Shown here: positions 52,853 through 64,000 of the stretch, piece by piece
Numbering within the stretch: the first letter of the stretch is position 1
Layout of the letters: each line of letters opens with the position of its first letter
From: Chrysomallon squamiferum
Lineage: Eukaryota; Animalia; Mollusca
Reading direction: 5' to 3'
NCBI GenBank assembly: GCA_012295275.1
Contig: CM022668.1
Span: 1-64,000 of the forward strand
DNA length: 64,000 nucleotides
The notes under the pieces: generated by a model
The model's input: only the letters and a program-made list of their open reading frames with translations
What the model was told of the DNA's origin: nothing
The model's database searches: none
Program-made: the position numbers and the translations under genes

Positions 52853-55800
52853 TGTTACATTTAAATGTTGTTTGTATGGCAGATTGATGTGAACAAAATC
52901 CCACAGACAATATAAAATATCTGGATGATGGTCCAACATGTTTCAACTGAATAAAATAAAAATTTTGAAACAGGACATAAATTATTTTATCTATGTTTAT
53001 AATACATCTGTACACATGAGAAATGGGCTGTTGATCAATATAAACTTTTATAAAATTCTGAAACTGTTTGTCCCATCTGTGTCTACTACCAAGTTTAAAT
53101 CCCATGAAAAGTTCATTTTTATAATTACATAAAATCAATTTAACATCCCCTCCAATGAAACAGACTTTCATCATCTAATAGCAAACAGTTAACCAATAAT
53201 AAACACAACCTGTTGTAATTCAATGTATCATACAGGTTAAAACTGTGACCATTTATCAGCAAATACAATAACTGAAAAAAATCTCAGGATTTTTACAATA
53301 AAAACATTCTGAAAGATTTAGGTCAGTTAGATAAAAATAATATGGGTATTAAAGGAAAATAATTCCTATGCAAGACCCCTCAAAAATATTAAATGCAATA
53401 GAGGTGTCTAAGCTAAATTTCAAATAACTGACTACCCACTGGCTATCATCCAGGACAAGGAACCCTTAGATCAGTCTGTATTCTGACACAGAGCATACAC
53501 AAATAGTCAGGTGATATAAAGTTAAAATTAAAAGAGAACTTTTTTTTTAAATTTAAAATAATAAAACTAAATAATATCCATTCATGTTTTTGGAAATAAA
53601 TATAAAATAAAGTATTTTTATTTTTGAATCATTCAAAGTTAATAATTTAAAAAGGAATTAAATGTTATAACTGAAAAGGTATTTTTGTACTAATGTTTTC
53701 CATATGGAACAGCACAAATTTTAAGCATTTTACAATATTTTTAATTTTAATTTAAACATATAATTTAAAAAATGATCATAGATTTAAAAGCATAACTAAA
53801 AATAAATAAAATGTTAAGAGATTTGTGGTTAAAACAACATGTATAACAAGTATGTGAACTTTTAATACAGTAATTAGCAAATGTGTAAGACAATGGCTAT
53901 GAAGTCCATTATTTTAAAACTATTTTAATTCATATTAACTCTGTGTTTCTGTTTCTGTAAATTGGGAGTTGTTATTATTAATATACCACTGTACTTACTA
54001 CATGTTTGTTATATATAAGACAAACACTGCAGTCCAATAAAAATAAATAAATAAAATAGTATCCAGTTAAAAATATCTATACTCTTTAAATAGTATTTTT
54101 CAGGTATGGTAAGTAAATTAAGATAAAAGCAGTTTATGTTTTAACTATATTTAATATTCTTAATTTTCAAAATTGTTTTAATGAAAGGATTTTTCTCTTT
54201 AAAGACTTTTTTTAGTATTCTTTTAGTATTCACGTCTATGTGCGCGTCTTTGCTTGTTTGATATTAATAGTTGTAACTTGTCTGCTAGGACATTTTACTG
54301 TAATCAGAACAGCAAAAACCAAGACCTTTGATTAATAACAACTGAGCAGTTGTACTTGAGTAAAACAAATACTGACTGTTTAAGTGAGAACTTGCACAGA
54401 TTTACAAACTTGTCTTTAGTAACATGTCAGCTGTACATTAACTGACAGTCTTCTATTAGATCAATAATTATTATTATACTGTACTAAAATTAAGCAACAT
54501 GAAAACACACATGAAAAGATATTCTTGTGACTAGTGCATTGGTGAAAAAATGTAACTTTATGTAGGATAAACTGAATACATCATGTCAAAAAATAAAATA
54601 AAATAAAATAATATAAAAGGACGAAATAGGACAAATATTTTTAGTATTTCCAGAGACTAAAAACCATGAACAGAATTAAAAACATGACTACACATATTCA
54701 TCTAAGACAATTCAAGTGGGAATCTGAGGTCTCAAAAGAATAGTAAACAAGAAGTAAGGCTGCTACATCGTAACTAATGTAACAATACTAATATTATAAC
54801 AAAAAATATATTTATTCACCTACAGAGACCATACAGAAATGAATCAATGAATCTCAAGTCACAAGTTTTGATAATGTCCTTTTTCTACCACATTTCATTT
54901 CTGGCATTTTCTGCCTAAATGCATTCTTTTTTGTTGACGGCTATCAAATAATTGTCTTCAATCCATAAAATAACTAGCAAAAGAAAAATATTCTTATTGT
55001 AAGTATAACTTATTATTAAGATATTACGACAAATAATTCTAAAATTAAAATATAAATAAATTAAAAGCATTTTCTCCATCTTTAAAATATATTATGAAAA
55101 TATTAATTGTATGGTAAAAATCGTTTTTTTAAATATTACTGACTTCATTCAAGTTTAAACCAGAGTTATACTGCACACCACTAAGTCCAAAACTAGATTA
55201 TAATTACACTATACAAATATTTTGGATGATGAATTGATATTTTAGGATACAGTTTTTCTAAACTCAGTAATTACTTAGTTTAAACTAAAATTTTGAAAAA
55301 CTGAAGATAAAATATCAAAATACACATTGGCCAATTTATTGAAATTTAGACAATATTTCTAAATTAAAAACTCCTGTCCGTCTTCTAACATTGAAAAAAA
55401 AATGATGTTAATACTGAAAAGAGAAAAGTTCTAAAATAATAATATAATATGCCAAACAATCTTTCTGAATTATAAAGAATTAAATATGATATTTTTTAGG
55501 AATTGTAATTGTAATTAATGGCAAAGTGTACTTACCTACAGTTATGAATGTTTTCAAAGTTTTCAACGTATTTAAAAAAATAAATAAATAAAATAACAAA
55601 TTGACTTTTTTTTTTTTTAAATTGACTACATGGTAAAACTATCTTATCAGTTTGAAGTACTAATTTTCACTACAATACATATATTTGTATTTTTTCTTTT
55701 TTTATAATTTTTTAGCTTCATAAACAAACTAAAAATAAATAAATACATAAATAATTAATAATAATAAATAATAAATAAATAAATAAATAAATAAAAAATA

Positions 55801-55986
55801 AAAAAAAAAAAAAAAATAAAAAAAATGTGAATAGCCGTTCTTGGTAATATTTTGCATTACAGTAAATAAACATAATATAAAATATATTGATCATCGGGCA
55901 TATCAAAAATACAATAAAACTTGTTTGTTCTATTATTCATTTTAGTTTCTTTCTTTCTTTTTTTTTTTTTTTTTTTTTCTTTCTTA

Positions 55987-56027
<41 letters not shown>

Positions 56028-56195
56028 ATGCTAATTTTAATAAACTTTCTTTTTTAAAACGATTTTTTCAGATACATATTTCAGTACATACAACGACCTG
56101 AGAATTGAAATATTTTTTGAATTTTCAGTTCACTACCGCAGACAATGAATACTCCCCTGACCCTAGTAACACAGACAAATACACAGACACACACA

Positions 56196-56252
<57 letters not shown>

Positions 56253-56567
56253 TCTAAAATCCTTCTAAAATCCGTATGACTTGAATCCTTCGTAAATTCG
56301 TTTCAAAATACAATCTTTAGCTTATTATTATTCAGCGTAAAGTTTTCTAAGCCAGCAAAGTAATAAAACACATATTGATTATTTGTATCACTTTTTTATT
56401 TTCTCTTATCAAAACAAATGGCTGACAACATCGTTGCACCTCTAGTTAGCAGAAAAATCTGTTGCATAGCTCATAAAATATCATCACTTGAGCGGAGCGC
56501 TTTCTACACTTCTCAGTATAAAGTCTAATGTAGATAAATAAACCTCCTTAGTATCTGTGCACCTCAT

Positions 56568-56606
<39 letters not shown>

Positions 56607-57636
56607 TGTATGTGTGTGTGTGCATTTGGTGTGTGCGTATGTTTGTGTGTTTGCTTGTGTTTGGTGTGTGTATGTTGTTTTTAGACAGTCAAATAGGCAT
56701 GGGACGGTCAGAAAGACAAAGAATGTTATTTTAAAGAGATTACAGAGAAACAGACTGCAGAAAGGATGTGTAGATAGCTGAGCAGAGACATCCGTGAGTG
56801 GATAGATAAACAGAAAAATTGATGGGATGATGAATGTATGATGGATGGATGTATAATGGAATCGCTTGAAGAGAGAAGAACTATACATGTATATATGGAT
56901 AGATAGGTGGTTGGATTAGATGTTTGTATGAACTGATAGACGGACAGAAGATTTGTACATGGAGGACTGGACAGAAGGACAGATAGATGATACAGTAATG
57001 GTAATATTGTTTATTCTATACACTTTGTGAAGAGTCTACTGTTATGAGAAGATTCATGACTATGACCAGTCTGGGTCCGAAAACTCATAGTGAATAAAGA
57101 CTACACAAGAATCTGTCTCATGAGACACCTCGCCAGTTGAAACCAGACACACACACACAGACAGACAGACAGACAGACACACAGCCATCATGTTAAATCA
57201 CCCTATTTGAAAAAAAAAACGAGAGAGAGAGAGAGAATTACATATTGAGATCATTAGGAATGAACAATCGGAGATCATCGTATGTTTCCGTGAATGCAAA
57301 GAACAAATAAAAAAGAAAAAATGATGTATGTAGCCTACTTGATTCACAAAACAGTTTATATATAGGTGTATATGTATATGTAAATTTTAACAAATACATG
57401 AATCATGTTTTTATTAAGCCGTATGCCTTCTATTTTCTTATTTAACTGACGATTTTAAAAATAAATGTTCCTGCCCGAAATCACTGTTCGGTTCTGATTA
57501 TAATCTGTTTTCCTCTTTGTGTTACTGTTAACAAAATTACCATTCGCGTCTGCCAAAAACAAGTAATAAATAAAATAAATTAATTCATTCATTCATTTAA
57601 TTAAAATTAAAATTAAAATAATAATAATACAAATAA

Positions 57637-57670
<34 letters not shown>

Positions 57671-58692
57671 TATCAATGCTGTAAGTGATATATTTACAAA
57701 AATATATGACTGAATTTTTAACAATCTTTTATTATATTTTATACCTTGTTTCAGTCTTGTAATTCATGTGCAAACAGTATTATAATATTTCCATTTTAAG
57801 GTTAATAACCCTCATTGGGCCTCCCTCTACCGGCTGTAGAAATAGTATTTATGCATGTATCTCTTAGTTTGCGAAATAAAACAAATTCATTAGATCTAGA
57901 TGATTAAATACATTTAGAAGGGATAAATTAGAAAACCGGAAATTTTATTTTTTTAGGGGTTCATCATTTCTCTTGAAAAAAAAAAAAATAAGAAGAAGAA
58001 GAATATTAATAATAAATATAATAAAATAATATAAATAATTTTTAAAAATGTAATAAAAACGTATATACAAAAAATAAATAATCACAAATGACTGCTAGTT
58101 TTAGATCACAACAACAAAAATGAAAATTGAAGTCTCGTGACCGTAGATATTTATCGTTTAGGGCGTGAGAAAATAAATGCTCAAAACCTCCCCCCGATTT
58201 TGTGCTGAAGGCCTCCTGTATACAGCCTGTAACTAACATTATGTCGAGAAGTTATGTGCTTAATTAACTTTGATGATTTTATTAGGCAAAGCGGCACAAT
58301 CAGGCAATGAATACGTAACCGGTTTCCATGTCATCAACCCAGATTTAATCACATAAATAGTAAGTTGGAGGTTCAGTCGATATTTTATAAAAAGAATGGC
58401 CATGGTCTGGTGACGTCACTTTCAGATTGGGCCGATGTGTGGCTGCTTTAATCTTCATTTCTGTTATTTCTTAAGGATAAAATATTTGTCTTTCCGATAA
58501 TGCTTTTTAAAAGCGGTTTGTTTTTTGAAAATAGTCAGTAGATTTTACCGAATTTTTCATCAAAGTTTTCTACCACATTCAAACTTTCATGTAAAGTTTA
58601 TAATACTTTTAAGATTATGATACATTTATAAGAATATCACTTCCAGGCCACTTATTCATTTACTTTTATGTTTCTAAAGAACTCTTAAGATT

Positions 58693-59200
58693 TTGACTGA
58701 AGCGTTTTACGACGTGATCAGGGACGAGACGAAGGCAGTTGAATTTTTACGAAGGAATGGCCTTGTAGATGATGAAGAAAACGCTGCACCAGGTTATCGT
58801 TGTGGTGAAGAAATGAAGGCAGCTCGAAGTAAAAAAACGGTGAAATCCTGCCAACTTTACGTTGCAAAACTGGCGCCGAAAATGTTTTTGTTTTCCATTA
58901 TACAGATTTAAATTAAAAAAGTGCCAAATTTTAGTATTAACGTTTATTTTATTTTATTGAACATGCAAGATTTGACTGGTGGAGGTAACGAATCAATATG
59001 TGATTGGTCCAACATGTGTCGTGACATTTGTACCCAAATCGTTTCCGTTAACAATCGTGGAGAATTGTAAGAACTGATGAAGAGCATTGCAAATAGATGA
59101 AGCTCGGTTTGCAGGGCGCCAATAATACAACAGAGGGAGGATGCTGATCAGCACACTGAAGCCAGTACTCAAACAACTGAAAGAACCTGTTTGGCTTCGA
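58693..59200 (+). mobile_element. Decayed Merlin/ISXO2-like transposase, copy 2
   Basis: Same motifs and disablements as 11320-11845, plus a further ~20-bp deletion near 58920. Confidence 0.85.
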
Positions 59201-60843
59201 AATTTTTAAAAAATCTTTGAAATTTTAAATTAACCAAAGAACCTTCCAACCACACCTTGATTATTCGCTACAGATCAGGAAGAATGTTGAAATGTTTTCC
59301 TGCGTTTCTAGCAGATGATCGCTCAGTTCATCGATAAAATTATTCAAATTGTTGTACTTTTTAGCACTTGTTCAAATAGATTATGAATATATAATAAAAT
59401 AAAAACCACCAAGAATACAGAAAATAATAATTAAAATAAGCGCGTAGAATTTTCTCGGTTTAGATCACTCTTTCTCTCATTCTCTTTCTCTCTCTGACTC
59501 TCTCCCTGTCTCTCTCCCTCTGTCTCTCTCTTTTTTTCTCTCTGTCTCTCTTTCTCCCTCTCTGTTATTCTCTCTGTTATTCTCTCTGTCTATCTCTCTG
59601 TCTTTCTTTCTCTGTCTCTCTCTCTGTCCCTCTCTCTCTTTCTTTCTCTGATTTTCTCGGTATCTTTCTCTGTCTCTCTCTCTGTCTGACTGTCTTCCTG
59701 TCTCTCTCTCTTTCTATCTCTGTCTGTCTCTCTGTTTCTCTTTCTCCTTCGTCTATCTCTGTCTCTCATTCTCTCTCTCTGTCTCTCTCTCTCACTTTCT
59801 CTCTCTGTCTCTCTTTCTCTCTCTCCGTCTATCTCTGTCTCTCTCTGTCATTCTTTCTTCGTCACTCTGTCTCTTTCTGTTACTATAAGATATTGTTACA
59901 TAAAATTAATTTCACTGTATGTATATTACATTATCTGATTTTAATACACAAACTGTCTCCTCACTACAGAAAATATAAAATGTCGCATTGTTAGATAAAA
60001 TTAGATTTAAGAAGCAAATAATATCATCGGTTTTCTTCTTCTGCTTTAGATATAGATATACATTTATTTGAATTAATTTCCTCTAGATTCTAACAAATTA
60101 AATGAAAAACATTCATAAACCATTTATTTATTTTTGATAATAATGTTGTGTATTTATCTATGTATGCGTCCATACATGGAAGCAAGTATGTACGTACGTG
60201 CGTACATACGATTGTATCTATTTTTCACTTGTTCAAAAAAATGCAAATGGTAATAAATAAACGCATTAAAATAATAGTAATAATATTATAGAAATAAGAC
60301 CTCAAGATAATAAATAAATAACTAATAATAACAAATAAAAACAGATACAAAAATAAAACGTGTTCTTCAACATCAGAAAATATCAGTTTCAGTGACAAAC
60401 GTCTAACAGAGAAAAATAATAAAATATCGTTTGTCAGCTGTTTCACGCTCATTGCGAAAAACACGTTCACCTGCAAGATTCATAAAAAAAATATACATAA
60501 AACAAAGTGTACTGCATCAGAAAGCTACAAGTCCAATAACAGTCTGCTAACACACTGACACACATACACACACAAACACAAGTACACACACATACACACG
60601 CACAAGTAAACACACACACCACACACACAAACACTTACCTGTTCTAACTTAAATAACCGCCAACCAGAAACATCTAAAACACCAGAATAAATCAGAAACA
60701 CACCTGTGTATCTTACTCGCTCAGCACGTGCTGATAAAGATTTCATTAAATGCAACAATGGTTTTTCGAACATTAAAAACACATTATAAAAAAATCTGTT
60801 TTATATTAAAAAAAAATGATAATAATAATAATAAATAAATAAA

Positions 60844-61344
60844 TAAATAAAGTCGTCAGCAGTGTTTATTGTTATCTGTAAATGAATAGAAAACTAAAGA
60901 TTTTTTAACTGAATTTTGTTAGGTTTTATTTTGTTTTAATTATTATTATTTTTACATTTTTATTATTTTTTGTTGTTTTCTGTTTTTGTATTTATTTATT
61001 TATTTATTTTTTTTTAATTTTTAATTTTTATTATTATTATTTATTTTTAAATTTTTGGGAAATTCACAACAGAAATGGAATGTTCTATAGTATCAGTTTC
61101 AGTGCACGTGGAACGTGTATGAACGTGTGTACAGTGAAACCTCCCAAAACTGAACCCGATAAACCGGAATTCTCTCACGATTCCGTGAAATTTGCCAAAC
61201 AAATCAGAAATGCCTCCAAACAGCAGCCGATGAAATTATCCCGTTCCAATGTGTTCCTCTAATGCAAATTTTACCAGAGGGTCCTGTTTACGTGAATCCT
61301 TACTGCATTACCAGTACCGAGTCAGCTGATAATGCGATTGCGTA
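60844..61344 (+). repeat. Third copy of the ~510-bp inverted-repeat arm (MITE at 61132-61305)
   Basis: Left flank matches IR-L context and right flank matches IR-R inner context. Confidence 0.95.
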
Positions 61345-62093
61345 TGCGAATACTAGTTGTTTATTAATGATTAAGTGTACACAGTGTAGTTGTATGTTAA
61401 CTCTTCGTCTAGTTTATAAGTAAATTTATTTTTATTTTATTTATTTATTTTTTTTTTTTTTTTTTTGTATCATTTATATGCTCTTCATGTTTCTAAGGTT
61501 AAAAACTATTTTCTAGTTTTTATTTTTTTATTATTATTTTTTTTTTTTTTTTAAAGTCTTGAAATATCAATACTAAGTTATTTAAGGTTTGAACATATTA
61601 TTACATGTCTATTTCATTTCATTTATTTTATTATTAGTTGATGATGTTTTAGTTCTTTTGCTAAAATTATCTGTAATTACTTTAAATTTCTTTAACAAAA
61701 TACGCCTATACCCATGACTAAAACAAAAACAACAAAACGAAAGAAAATAACTGAATTCTGTAGCCATTAAATATATATATATAAAAAAATTATTTAAAAA
61801 AAGGCTTTTAATAAACTACCTATAAGATACACCTAAAAACTGACAAAACGTTTAATTATTATAAAACTTTCTTATTTAATCAGTGATTCGTTATTTCTTA
61901 TAAAACATCTTTTTTCTCTGCACGTAATTTATTACAAGGTTTTTTCTATCGTGTTTAAAACTATTTCATCGCGAATCTAGTGTGTTCTTTCCGTTCAATA
62001 TTCTAATCACCTTCTCAAAATGAGTTAAACAAAACCTACAACCCCCCACAAACAATTATAAGTATCTATTATTATTATTGTTATTATTATTAT

Positions 62094-62131
<38 letters not shown>

Positions 62132-62135
62132 TTGC

Positions 62136-62198
<63 letters not shown>

Positions 62199-63636
62199 AT
62201 TCTCCAGAAAGACTCGCTGGTTTGTTTGATAGTAAACTTTGTATTTGAATTAGACAATAAATCAATGCCAGCACTAAAGAGACAATTGTTTATAATTTAT
62301 CTCTTTTTATTAATCTTCTATTATATAATGTGATTCATTTCTTTTATTTTCTTCTTTTTTTATTTATATACACCTATATAGATATATATTTTTTGTTTTT
62401 TCTTTCTTTTTTTATTTTCGTATTTTAAAGTGTGATTTTAAATAAATGCGTGTGCGAGCCCCGACATGAAATGTTTCTGTTTCACAAAGAAGGGCAATAG
62501 GAGGACATATGCAACTAAATGTATGCCTATTAGAGTTTGTGTTTGTAAGTGTCTACAGCCTCAGCAAAGAAACAAAATAAGGTAAGCTAAACGGTGTAAT
62601 TAAAATAAAAAATATAAACAAAGCAATAAAACTTACATTGAAAGTAAAGTTCTTACCGCTTAGTGAGAAAAGTTACAATAACAAATCACAATAAATGTAG
62701 TGTTTTTTATGTATGTTTTCTCTTTCTTACTTTTTCTCCTTCCTGGTTTGTGCAAATACACATGTTTAAACAAACAATAAATAAATAAATAAATAAATAA
62801 TTTAAAACAAATAAAAAAATGTGTTCTATACTACACGTGCGTGCCATCTGCTCTATCTGTATCTTTACTTCACTGTGGACTGCACGCATATAAAAGACGT
62901 GGCGTTCAATAACTGTGTGCACTGACAGTGTTTCTGTTAAACATCCAAACGTAAATTACAATATTTATAAATACGTCATCTTAGAAAAGCCACATTCATA
63001 CAGGTAAAGAAGATTATAACTTAATAAAACTGCTGAAACGATAACACGTTATATTGTCATATAAAATTAATTTAAATGGTGTATGTGTGTTGTTTAGGGA
63101 GTGTATGGTGCGTGTGGTGTTTGTCATGTCTGTGTGTGTGGTGCGTGTTTTAGTGTGTAGAGTATATTGTGCGTGTGGTGCGTGTGGAGTGTGTGGTGTG
63201 TGCGGTCTTTGTGGTGCGTGTATGAATTATCTATGAATTAATGGTATACTGATCATATTATAAGGCAGGTTATTAATCAAAATTATTTATACCTGAAAGT
63301 ATTTGTGTAAATTTGTAGAAATATAAATTGTTTGACAAGATAAATACATGTCATTATTTACAATCATATTACAAAATTAATCATTAGAATCTGTAATAAT
63401 GTTTGCAGTAGGCACTGGATTGGAAAATGGATGACAAATAAAAAATAAATTAATAAAATAAATACATAGCTTAATTTGTGTGTATGTGTGTGCGTGTGTC
63501 TGTGTATTTGTGATTGTGTATGTACATGTGTCCACCAATGCACAACCACTGTAAACACAAAACATAGGGATTCATATATATTTTATTTATACTCATCAAT
63601 ATTCAGTCCATTTCAGAAGCTTACCTCTATCACACA

Positions 63637-63667
<31 letters not shown>

Positions 63668-64000
63668 TGCCTGTGTGTTATGTGTATACAGACAGACAGA
63701 TCGATAGATCTGACAGATCCTGAAATCACTATAAATAGTTGCAATATATGATCACTAGATAAGTTTCTATATTTTCAGTCAGTAAACAAAAACAATATAA
63801 CTTTTTTTAATATTTAATTACCAGTTTAATCTTAAAACCTCATAGTTCTTATACAAATTGCAGCATGCGTTTGTTTTTAGACAGCACTGTAATCAGTAGC
63901 TCGGCCCTCATGCCAGGCGGACAGCCCGTGGTTAGGGTCCGGGCAGGGAGGGTGAGTAGAGCTCACCCGTTTTTATCCTGTCTGCCCCTCTGCCCTAGTC
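61345..64000 (-). repeat. Inverted copy of 15266-17934 (continues beyond window)
   Basis: tgcgaatactagttg... at 61345 is the reverse complement of 17934 leftwards; the window end ...tgccctagtc maps to 15266. Confidence 0.96.

Larger units (their letters stand above)
49281..61344 (+). repeat. Large duplicated segment, copy 2
   Basis: Direct near-identical repeat of 2134-13996. Confidence 0.97.

Noticed and set aside
62056-62274. Poly-Asn/Thr ORF
   Set aside because: Translation of the (AAT)/(ACT) microsatellite.

Overview
AT-rich eukaryotic (invertebrate-like) genomic DNA. I found no intact protein-coding gene; most listed ORFs come from microsatellites or low-complexity sequence. A GTAA-rich satellite fills 1-2560 and 18444-49707. 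It has ~100-104 bp monomers arranged in 11-mer and 8-mer higher-order repeats, a 40-bp variant at each array's right edge, and a 200-N gap at 30957-31156. A ~16 kb non-satellite island occurs twice, about 47.2-47.5 kb apart (~2130-18443 and ~49280-64000, running off the window end). Each copy carries a ~70-bp minisatellite, a decayed Merlin/ISXO2-type transposase, a probable LINE RT fragment and many microsatellites. Main observation: a 3.94 kb segment (13997-17934) flanked by ~510-bp inverted repeats, each holding a pogo/Tc1-like MITE, lies in the opposite orientation in the second copy. That segment contains two oppositely oriented promoter/first-exon candidates next to candidate minus-strand exons. 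The two copies may be a true tandem duplication or two haplotypes joined across the gap; sequence alone cannot decide.
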